A DNA stretch of 32,000 nucleotides from Candidatus Saccharimonadota bacterium (GTDB lineage: Archaea; Micrarchaeota; Micrarchaeia; Micrarchaeales; Micrarchaeaceae). Shown piece after piece: positions 24,375 through 32,000 of the stretch. The notes beneath the pieces were generated by a model. It made no database searches and was not told the origin of the DNA. It worked only from the letters and a program-made list of their open reading frames with translations. Positions within the stretch are counted from its first letter, which is position 1; every line of letters starts with the position of its first letter. Position numbers and translations under genes: made by a program. The stretch spans positions 270,001 through 302,000 of the forward strand of contig OY969114.1 in assembly GCA_963698035.1 (NCBI GenBank), in the 5' to 3' direction.

Positions 24375-25691
24375 ATGCGGGATTCAGTTTATGCTGTAGA
24401 GAAGGAGGTGCTCAAGCTGCTCTCCGGCAAATTTGTATTGGTAACGCTGCCTGAAAAACGCAGCGAGCTGATAATCAACGCAGCGAAAACTATCAGCCCT
24501 AATATATCTGAGGCGGAGCTGAAGGAGATAATAGATGATATGAACAACCTTAAGCCCGTAAGCAAGTACCTGCAGGATGAGAATGTAGAGGATATAATGG
24601 TGAACAACATCAATAATATATTCGTCTACGATTCTGTAGATAGGTATAAGAAGATTGATGGCAAGTTTGCTTCGAGGGAGGAGCTGGATACATTCGTTGA
24701 CAAGCTGAAGCTGTACGCGACGAATGAAACGGCCAATGGGAACCTGATTGACGTGCACCTGCCTACAGGAAACCGCGTCAATATAGTTACGTCGCCGCTC
24801 GGCTACGATATAACAGTAAGGAACTTCAAAAAGCGCCCCTACAGCATAATCGACCTCATAAACCTTGGGGAGATTGATTACCAGATAGCGGCAAGACTCT
24901 GGATCTACGTTGACGGCTTCGGCGTGAGGCCGGCCAACCTCCTTATTGGAGGCATGCCTGCATGCGGGAAGACCACGCTGCTCAATGCCATTTTCTCATT
25001 CTTCAGACCCGAATCTAGGATAGTCACCATAGAGGAAACGTACGAGCTCAACACCCTCACCCAGGAAAACTGCGTCAACCTTGAGACTAGCGAGGATCTA
25101 TCGATGCAGGACCTTGTAAAGAACGCAATGAGGATGCGGCCCGACATGATAGTGATAGGCGAGGTAAGGGGCGCGGAGGCGAACGACATGATAACAGCAA
25201 TGAACATCGGTAAGATATGCATGGGGACGATACACGGGTCCGTGTCCAGAGATATAGTGAACAGGCTCCAAAACATACCTATGAACGTCCCGATGGAGCT
25301 TGTACCCGTTATAGACGCCATAGTGGTTATCGCTCAGGTTCCGAAAGGCGGCAAAATTACGCGCAGGGTAGTGCAGATGTCTGAGATATCTGGGGTGGAG
25401 ACCCAGGTCCTCCTATCTGATCTTTACAAGTTCGATTATAGGACGAACGAAGCGATGCCGATACTCCCAAGCGTCACATACAGGGACAACATCTCGAAGC
25501 TGCTTGGGGTAATTCCACAGGACCTGCTTGCGGAGGAGAGGGTCAGGGCCGCGATACTCGCCGAGATGAACAAGAGGGAAAGACGCGACCTCAATAGCAT
25601 AAACGAGATCGTCAGGGGCTACTACTACAACCCCGAAGCGACCCTTGCAAAGCTTGGATTGCAGGGATTGAGCCCTATCATAAGGAGATGA
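24375..25691 (+). CDS. type II/IV secretion-system family ATPase (archaeal pilus/archaellum ArlI/TadA-like)
   Basis: Walker A GGMPACGKTT, Asp box IVTIEETYEL, Walker B PDMIVIGEVRGAEA, His box MGTIHGS. 438 aa. Confidence 0.8.
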   Translation: MRDSVYAVEKEVLKLLSGKFVLVTLPEKRSELIINAAKTISPNISEAELKEIIDDMNNLKPVSKYLQDENVEDIMVNNINNIFVYDSVDRYKKIDGKFASREELDTFVDKLKLYATNETANGNLIDVHLPTGNRVNIVTSPLGYDITVRNFKKRPYSIIDLINLGEIDYQIAARLWIYVDGFGVRPANLLIGGMPACGKTTLLNAIFSFFRPESRIVTIEETYELNTLTQENCVNLETSEDLSMQDLVKNAMRMRPDMIVIGEVRGAEANDMITAMNIGKICMGTIHGSVSRDIVNRLQNIPMNVPMELVPVIDAIVVIAQVPKGGKITRRVVQMSEISGVETQVLLSDLYKFDYRTNEAMPILPSVTYRDNISKLLGVIPQDLLAEERVRAAILAEMNKRERRDLNSINEIVRGYYYNPEATLAKLGLQGLSPIIRR

Positions 25692-25694
25692 TGG

Positions 25695-26808
25695 TCAGGG
25701 CAGGAAGTCCTTGTTCTTTATCTTCTCCTTTATGTAGTCGTCGACGAAGGTGAGCCTCGGTCCCTGCAGCGCGTCCTGCTCGAGCTTCTTCTTGGTCTTT
25801 ATCACCTTCTTGAGCTCCTCTACCCACTCCTTGTGCTTGTTTATCCAGGGGTAGTTGAAGCATCTCCTGCGCCCTCTTTAGGTCCACCTCGCTTGCCTTC
25901 ATCGTCATCTTGTTCAGGAAGTCGTAGTGCTCTAGGTCCGACATCGTGACGCCTATGAATTTTGCCTCCGGGGTGGCTATCGCGCTTCCTATGTAGGCGA
26001 GGTTTATGCTTCCGGTCTTTATCGTCCAGTAGATGTACCATCCCCAGGCATCGCAGTCGTTGAATACATATATTGGGAGCCCCTTGTCGGCGAGCTTCCT
26101 TATCAGCCTCCTCGTGCCCCTGGCAGCCTGGCCCTGCGGCGATATCAGTATCATGTTCTCCTTCTTCCAGAACCCGTCCTCGTTGAGCCTCTGCCAGAGC
26201 GCGTCCTTCTCGACGACAAGCACGTACTTCGCCTTTACGTCAACGAACTCTATGTCGTTGTCCACGTCGCTGGGTATCGCCCAGCCGCTCCTTCCCTGCT
26301 TGGCGCGTCTATCTCTATCCTCTCGCCGCCGAAAGTGTCCATTATCTTGATGTTGCCGGCAAGGACGCCCTTCCTGTTGGCGTTGAGGTTGAGGTCCTCT
26401 CTCTTCAGCCCGAGCGCGACCTCCAGGTCCTCTATCAGCGGGTTCGACTCTGCCTGCTCGTTGAATATGTTTTCGTCGACGTCCTCGCCCAGCGAGTACT
26501 TCAGCTGGTAGAAGAGGCCCCTTATCGTGGTGTGCAGGTTCTCGTTAACGAACTTGTGGCACTTGGCGGCTATCGCCAATGTCTGCATGAACCTCTTCGA
26601 CTGGGCGACGTTGACGAAGTTGCGCTCCTCCGGTCTTGCTGCCAAGAGAGAGCAGCCCCTTTTTCTCGTCATAATGGATGTTTGACCTAGTCCTTGAAGT
26701 GGTGATGAACTTCGGCTTCTTCTCCCCTATCTATCTCCCCGAGTATTCCGCCGCCGAACTCCTCTAGCACCTTCTTTGGCGTCGCACTCCGCCTTTCTTG
26801 TCCTTCAT
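25695..26808 (-). pseudogene. top6A: DNA topoisomerase VI subunit A, frame-disrupted (4-5 indels; could be a sequence-quality artefact)
   Basis: Track ORFs 26250..26672 (catalytic Tyr motif TIRGLFYQLK) and 25678..26265 (Toprim VLVVEKDA, FNDCDAWGWY), plus untracked pieces, join into a 370-aa Top6A only after frame hops. The true C-terminus ...NYPWINKHKEWVEELKKVIKTKKKLEQDALQ...DFLP* ends at TGA 25695-25697. Confidence 0.85.
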
Positions 26809-26812
26809 GGGT

Positions 26813-28759
26813 TCACTTTCCTAGGGGCTTCTCGTGCTTCCTCAGCTCCGCTATTATCTCGTTCTTCCTCTTGCTCTGCTTTAGCGAGTACTTTAGCACG
26901 TCTGCCAGGGTCTTCACCGGTATTATCTTTATCTTCCTGAGCTTGTCCTTGCTGATGTAGACATCTTCTATGTTGCTCGCAGGGATTATCACTGTCTTTA
27001 TGCCCGCGTCTATTGCAGCCTCTACCTTGCTTGTCACGCCGCCGACCGGCAGCACCTCTCCCCTCACCGAGAGCGAGCCGGTCATGGCGACCGACTGGTC
27101 TATGGGCATGCTTTCCATGGCGGATATTATGCTGACGGCGACGGAGATGCTCGCGCTGTCTCCCTCAACACCCTCATACGATCTGCAGGAACTGCACGTG
27201 CATGTCGTAGTTGGCGACATCCCTGCCCATGTGCTTCTTTATTATCGCGCTTACGTTCTTGACGGCCTCGGTCGCTATCTTGCCGAGCTTTCCTGTTGGT
27301 ATAAACTTGCCCTCTGACCTCGAGCCTGCCGGCGTGACCTCGGCGACTATCGGTATGCACTATGCCTGCAGAGGTTATGGTGGAGGTTCCCATCACCGCG
27401 AGGCCGTTGACCTTCCCTATGCTGAAGCCCTTTGTCGTGAATACCTTGTAGTCCTTGCGTGTATTCTATCTGCTGCGTCACGACCTGCTCCTCTATGGAG
27501 CGGCGAGGTTCTTTGCGGCGATCACGTCTTCCTTGGTGACTATCTTCTTCTTCTCTCAACTGCGATGTCGCCAGCTGCCCTTATTAGCCCACCCAGGTCC
27601 CTAAGTATGAGCGTGAGCCTCTTCTTCCTTCCGGCTCTCCTCCTCGCCTCCTCTATTATCTCGTCTACTGCGCTCTTATCGAAGTGGGGTATCTTTCCGT
27701 CCTTCTGTCACCTCCTGTGCTATGAACTGCACCAGTGATGTCCTGTTGGTGTCGTTGTCCTCCATTGTCGACTCCATGTAAACCTCGTATCCGTATCCGC
27801 GTATTCTCGACCTGAGTGCCGGATGCATGCTCTGTATGTCCTGGAGGTTTCCTGCAGCGACAAGTATGAAGTCCGCGGGCACTGGTTCTGTCTTGACAAG
27901 GGCGCCTGAGCTCATCTCGCTCTGGCCGGTTATCGGGTACTTCTTCTCCTGCATTGAGGTAAGAAGCTCCTGCTGCGACTTGGGCTCAAGGCTTGATATC
28001 TCGTCTATGAACAGGACTCCCTTGTTTGCCTTGTGGATCGCTCCGCTCTCAACTCTAAGGTGCGCGGGGGTGCCTAAGCCGCCGCTCTGCAGCGGGTCAT
28101 GTCGAACGTCGCCGAAAAGCGCAGCCCGCCCTTGAGCCCGTCCCATCGATGAATGGGGCGTGGGAGTTGCCGGTATTATCGACTATGAGCTTGGGCTCAT
28201 TATAGTCGGTCATTCCGGGAAGGACTGAACCCCTTCTTGTGAGGCCGGTCGTGAACATCGCCATCGCTCCGAATATAAGTATTCCAAGTATAAGCGCTGC
28301 GAGCACTACTATCTCGTAGCCGGTTATGATGCCGCTGAGGGATAGTGCGAAAAGTATTATCACGAGTATTAGGATTATTGGGGTTATGAGGGATGCCCCC
28401 CTACTCATCCCCATCTTATTCTTCATTCTCTCTTTCTGGAGTATCTGCCTACCTTGGCCATCTCCCATCTTCGCCCTTGCCTCTTCCGTTGGATAGGTCT
28501 TTACTACCTTGATTAGAGGCATATTTTCGTCGTTGGGATTCTTGTAGATCAACACATCCTCGAGGTCGGTAGCTGGAAGCAATTCTGCCATTGCCTGCGC
28601 CAGCATGGTCTTTCCAGTGCCTGGGCTGCCCACTAGTAGTATGTTCCTGCGCTGCCTCGATGCCTTCTTTATTATCTCAGAGGCGCTCTTCTGGCCGATC
28701 ACTTGGTCGATGAGCTTGTCGGGGACCTTTATGTCTGCGGTTGTTTTGAACTGCTGCAT
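26813..28759 (-). pseudogene. lon: archaeal membrane-bound Lon protease (LonB), frame-disrupted (7 indels; could be a sequence-quality artefact)
   Basis: The N-terminal piece 28097..28759 has LLVGSPGTGKT and two TM helices. The 27676..28146 piece has [19 protein letters not shown] and VLFIDE. Fragments 27347..27559 and 27127..27396 carry the middle region. The C-terminal piece 26813..27220 has the Ser-protease motif GVEGDSAS and [19 protein letters not shown]. Corrected length 647 aa. Confidence 0.88.
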
Positions 28760-28834
28760 TTATTATCAGAAATATATTGCAAATAAACTATTAATATACC
28801 TCTCATATTGTACGGGAATGACCGTTACGCAAAC

Positions 28835-28846
28835 CTTTTAATATTT
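28835..28846 (+). promoter_or_regulatory. TATA-like box (CTTTTAATATTT) ~33 nt upstream of GTG 28874
   Basis: Position and composition only. Confidence 0.35.
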
Positions 28847-28873
28847 GTTCATTGTTAATAACATCTACAGAAG

Positions 28874-29080
28874 GTGTCTTATATAAAAATTAGGGAACTC
28901 AAGTCTCTGTCTGAAAGCGCACTCAAAACCAAGCTAGCCGAGCTTGAGCTAGAGCTGGGGATAGAGAAGAGGAAGGTGGCCTCCACGGGAGTTGCAAGCA
29001 AAGTGATAAAGACAAGGGAGATAAGGAGGACTATTGCAAGGATAAACACCATTCTTAACGAAAAAGGTGCACGAAACTAA
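28874..29080 (+). CDS. rpl29: 50S ribosomal protein uL29
   Basis: IRELKSLSESALKTKLAELELEL...IRRTIARINTIL. 68 aa, GTG start. Confidence 0.85.
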   Translation: MSYIKIRELKSLSESALKTKLAELELELGIEKRKVASTGVASKVIKTREIRRTIARINTILNEKGARN

Positions 29081-29385
29081 TGCCGGATGTTTGCCCAAAA
29101 TGCGGATTGCCCAAGGACATATGCGTATGCTCTGTATTGGACAGGGAGACAGAGAGCAAGATAAGGATCTACACCAAGAAGGCGAAATTCAACAGGATCG
29201 TGACGATAGTTGAGGGGGTAAACGCTGACGAGCTGGAGAGGACAGAGAAGACTCTGAAGAGGGTGCTCGCCTGCGGGGGAACCAGCAGGGACGGGACGGT
29301 AGAGCTGCAGGGCAACCATAAGGACAACACAAAAAAGGCTCTCATCGGCATGGGCTACAAGGGAGACATAATAGACGTGATATGA
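29080..29385 (+). CDS. translation initiation factor aSUI1 (eIF1 family)
   Basis: N-terminal Zn knuckle CPKCGLPKDICVC, then the SUI1 fold IVTIVEGV...LKRVLACGGT...ELQGNH. TAATG overlap with rpl29. Confidence 0.85.
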   Translation: MPDVCPKCGLPKDICVCSVLDRETESKIRIYTKKAKFNRIVTIVEGVNADELERTEKTLKRVLACGGTSRDGTVELQGNHKDNTKKALIGMGYKGDIIDVI

Positions 29386-30377
29386 CTTTTGATGATTCTA
29401 TGCCTGTGATGGGAATAGAAAGTACGGCCCACACTTTTGGAGTGGGTATCTACGATAAAGGAAAAATAATCGCCAACCAAAAGGTAATGTATCCGATAAA
29501 GGACAAGGGCCTGATACCTGGCAAGGTGGCTGACTTTCACGCCAACAACGTCAGGCTCGTCATAAGCAGAGCGCTCAAGGAGGCGAAGCTCGGGATAAAC
29601 GACATAGAGGCTATAGGCTACACAAAGGGACCGGGGCTTGGCCCCTGCCTTAGCATCGGCCAACTTGCGGCAAAGAGCCTTCACCAGAAGTACGGCATTC
29701 CGCTGCTGCCGGTCAACCATGCGTTGGGACACATAGAGGTAACCAAGCAGGCGTTCAATCTCAAGGATCCGCTCGTTCTTTACGTCAGTGGGGGAAATTC
29801 CCAGATATTGGGCCTGGTGGACAGCCCGTTCAGGCACTATCATGTGTTCGGCGAGACATTTGACATAGGAATAGGCAACATGATAGACAGCTTTGCGAGG
29901 GCTGCGAAGCTCGTGCCTGCGTGGGGATCTACTGTTGCGAGGGTCGCAGAGGGCGGGAGATATTTCGACCTACCATATACTGTAAAGGGCATGGATTTTA
30001 CCTTTACCGGGCTGCTTACATCCGCTACAAAAGCACTTGAAAATCATCCGGTGAAGGACGTCGCCTATTCGTTGCAGGAGACCTCCTTCTCGATGCTATG
30101 CGAGGCTACCGAGAGAGCGCTCCTCCTCGCGAGAAAGAGGGAGCTTATGGTCTGCGGCGGAGTTGCACAAAGTGCGAGGCTGAAGGAGATGCTGGCCACG
30201 ATGACAAGATCCCACAGCGTAAGGTTTTCTGTCTCTCCAAACGAGTTGAACGCGGATAACGGCGCCATGATATCGGTAGTTGCTGACAGGATGTTCCGTG
30301 CGGGGGAGCGCTACAACGACAGTGCGATAACAATCAACCAAAGATACAGGGTGGACACTGTAAAGGTGACATGGTAA
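29382..30377 (+). CDS. kae1: tRNA N6-adenosine threonylcarbamoyltransferase Kae1
   Basis: MGIESTAHTFGVG, metal-binding VNHALGHIE, LYVSGGNSQ and VCGGVAQSARL. 331 aa. Confidence 0.9.
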   Translation: MTFDDSMPVMGIESTAHTFGVGIYDKGKIIANQKVMYPIKDKGLIPGKVADFHANNVRLVISRALKEAKLGINDIEAIGYTKGPGLGPCLSIGQLAAKSLHQKYGIPLLPVNHALGHIEVTKQAFNLKDPLVLYVSGGNSQILGLVDSPFRHYHVFGETFDIGIGNMIDSFARAAKLVPAWGSTVARVAEGGRYFDLPYTVKGMDFTFTGLLTSATKALENHPVKDVAYSLQETSFSMLCEATERALLLARKRELMVCGGVAQSARLKEMLATMTRSHSVRFSVSPNELNADNGAMISVVADRMFRAGERYNDSAITINQRYRVDTVKVTW

Positions 30378-31006
30378 TACTTATGAAGAAGATAGGGGAG
30401 GGCGCCGAGGCGGTAGTTTACTATGGGAAGTTTCTTGGCAGGGATGCGATAGTCAAGGACAGGGTAAAGAAAGGCTACAGGATTCCTGAGATAGACGGCG
30501 AAATAAGGTTGCAGCGCACAAGAAGGGAGGCGAAGATACTCGGGGTTGCGTCTGGGGCGGGAATAAACGTGCCGCGAGTGCTACTTGCGGCAAAGACAAA
30601 GATATTCATGAGCAAGATAGACGGAATTGGGATGGCTGGGGTGATGCGGGGCGAGCACGACATTCCAGGGGGGATGCTCGAAAGGGCGATATACGATGCT
30701 GGCAGGGCCGCGGGCGCGCTCCACAACTCCGATATAGCCCACGGAGATTACACCCCCGCGAATCTTATAATCGACCATAAAGGAAGGCTTTGGGTAATAG
30801 ACTTCGGCCTGGCTGCCATGACCAAGTCTGTGGAAGAGAAAGCGCTCGACCTTCTCTTGATGAAGAGATCGCTGGAGAAGGCGCTCTTCCAGAAGTTCAT
30901 GGACGGCTACAGGACCGTCTCGAAGGGCCAAGTCGAGATAATTGATAGGCTCAGAGAAATAGAGAGGCGCGGGAGATACCAGTCAAGAACGCTGCTTCCT
31001 GGCTGA
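30371..31006 (+). CDS. bud32: Kae1-associated kinase Bud32 (KEOPS subunit)
   Basis: Gly loop IGEGAEAVVY, catalytic HGDYTPANLII, and VIDFGLA. 211 aa. Overlaps the kae1 end and is not fused to it. Confidence 0.85.
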   Translation: MVILMKKIGEGAEAVVYYGKFLGRDAIVKDRVKKGYRIPEIDGEIRLQRTRREAKILGVASGAGINVPRVLLAAKTKIFMSKIDGIGMAGVMRGEHDIPGGMLERAIYDAGRAAGALHNSDIAHGDYTPANLIIDHKGRLWVIDFGLAAMTKSVEEKALDLLLMKRSLEKALFQKFMDGYRTVSKGQVEIIDRLREIERRGRYQSRTLLPG

Positions 31007-31891
31007 TCAGAAGGAGCTTACATTCGAATATCTGATTGATGGCTGCACAGACGGTATGCTTTCAATGCTCTCGAGGGGGGTGACTGCGCGTTTCGAGGAG
31101 GCAAGCGTTATTATACCTGTGAAGGAGAGCACGCTTATCAGTATGCTGTAGAGCTGGGAGTTCTGCAGGTAGATGTAGCTGAATGCGGCTGTTGATAGGA
31201 ATCCTATAAATATGCCGAATGCGTATGCCTTGCGCGACCCCGCCAATATCATTATGCCGGCTATGAATTCGACTATCATAAGAATAAGCCCACCTATCAG
31301 CATCAGATACGCATAATTGAACTGGTAGACAAAGTTTAGCTCGATGAAGTTATGGAGGCCGACCTGAAGCACGTTCTGCGAGACATATATTAGGAGGTTG
31401 TTTAGGAAAAAGACATAAATGAAGATTCCGACTATGAAAACCGTAGCAGCGAGGAGGCCTAACTTGTTGTATTCAAATGCACCCTCCGCGGACGCGGCAG
31501 ATGAGGCTGAATCTATGTCCTCGAGGCAGTAATACCTGCCATTGTACTCTGATATGTCCTCGTAGCAGTAGGGCTTTGTGCACTTGTAGCATATCGCATA
31601 TGCAGACCTCCACGGATGCCATTCGCAGAAGAGGCCTGATGCCGCTTCCCTGCTCTTCGCCTCGTACTTCCCCCTGCTCCTCCTAGACGGCGTTTTTTCC
31701 TCTACTGTGCTTTCGGGTGTTGGAGGAACAACAAAAACATTTTCCTCTTTTGTGGGAGGGATTGGCTTGGCAGCATTACGCCGATGCGGCACTGGCTGCG
31801 TGGGTTGCTTCTGGGGTTGCGGTTGCATCTGCTGGACCTGCTGCCTCTTCTCGCGTAGCTTGAAGATTAGCATGTCGCTCTTTTCAACCAT
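31007..31891 (-). CDS. polytopic membrane protein with a cytosolic Cys/His zinc-ribbon (B-box-like) and a Q/P-rich N-terminus
   Basis: N-terminal QQVQQMQPQPQKQPTQP. Cys/His cluster CEWHPWRSAYAICYKCTKPYCYEDISEYNGRYYC. Then 4-5 hydrophobic helices. Confidence 0.55.
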   Translation of the reverse strand: MVEKSDMLIFKLREKRQQVQQMQPQPQKQPTQPVPHRRNAAKPIPPTKEENVFVVPPTPESTVEEKTPSRRSRGKYEAKSREAASGLFCEWHPWRSAYAICYKCTKPYCYEDISEYNGRYYCLEDIDSASSAASAEGAFEYNKLGLLAATVFIVGIFIYVFFLNNLLIYVSQNVLQVGLHNFIELNFVYQFNYAYLMLIGGLILMIVEFIAGIMILAGSRKAYAFGIFIGFLSTAAFSYIYLQNSQLYSILISVLSFTGIITLASSKRAVTPLESIESIPSVQPSIRYSNVSSF

Positions 31892-31894
31892 AGA

Positions 31895-32000
31895 TTAGAA
31901 CCTTTTGGCCCTTTCTATTGCCTGGCGCTTCTTCTTCTCGAATATTCCCCTGTGCTTGGCGCAGCTTATGCAGTATTGTACCTTGCGCCTCTCGAAGAAC
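31895..32000 (-). CDS. rps26e: 30S ribosomal protein eS26, C-terminal part (5'-truncated by the window edge)
   Basis: Minus-strand translation ...FFERRKVQYCISCAKHRGIFEKKKRQAIERAKRF* resembles the eS26 C-terminal YC(V/I)SCA(I/K)H motif. Stop TAA at 31895-31897. Confidence 0.6.
   Translation of the reverse strand, partial: FFERRKVQYCISCAKHRGIFEKKKRQAIERAKRF

Noticed and set aside
25857-28122. Programmed ribosomal frameshifting or transcriptional recoding as the explanation for the lonB/top6A frame hops
   Set aside because: There are twelve sites of both signs (+1 and -1). They share no slippery heptamer, no common context and no downstream structure, and most are outside homopolymers. No known recoding system works like this. 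Assembly error or recent decay are the only reasonable readings.
1-32000. CRISPR arrays, transposases/IS elements, integrases, prophage or defence-island signatures, rRNA genes
   Set aside because: No direct-repeat/spacer periodicity and no DDE, tyrosine or serine recombinase motifs were found. I saw no restriction-modification, toxin-antitoxin or Cas-like domains in any frame I read, and no rRNA-like sequence. The tRNAs are not flanked by att-like duplications that I could detect by eye.

Overview
Densely packed (over 90% coding) archaeal chromosomal segment with middling GC and codon usage rich in ATA, AAG, AGG and GGC. It is almost entirely housekeeping. It holds the conserved archaeal cluster rps19e / PDCD5-like / rpl39e / rpl31e / aIF6 / rplX / pfdA / ftsY. 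It also holds a uL30-uL15 remnant, a uL29 / aSUI1 / Kae1 / Bud32 operon, a partial eS26, and four tRNAs (Ala-UGC, Val-UAC, Asp-GUC and an intron-containing Tyr-GUA). Other genes are two KH-less beta-CASP ribonucleases, EndoQ and EndoIII repair nucleases, a Dph6-like PP-loop ATPase, ADP-forming acetyl-CoA synthetase beta/alpha plus a class-III aminotransferase, a GT4 glycosyltransferase and HIT, ASCH and alpha/beta-hydrolase proteins. Scattered ribosomal operons, the eS26 gene and tight gene overlaps suggest a small-genome archaeon (DPANN-like or TACK-like), but this lineage guess is weak. I found no CRISPR array, transposase, integrase or rRNA. Six items deserve a second look. (1) The adjacent lonB and top6A genes can only be read by hopping frames at about 12 indels within 2.3 kb, while all flanking genes are intact. 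(2) A 919-aa protein fuses a roughly nine-helix membrane domain to a tandem Cdc48-type AAA+ cassette. (3) A nickel superoxide dismutase sits with its maturation protease in an archaeal context. (4) A tail-anchored wHTH protein with a Gln-rich linker heads the acetyl-CoA synthetase/aminotransferase operon. (5) An ORFan with deviant codon usage is wedged next to the ribosomal cluster. (6) A secretion-type ATPase has no membrane partner nearby. All calls come from reading the sequence and from motif memory. No database search was run.
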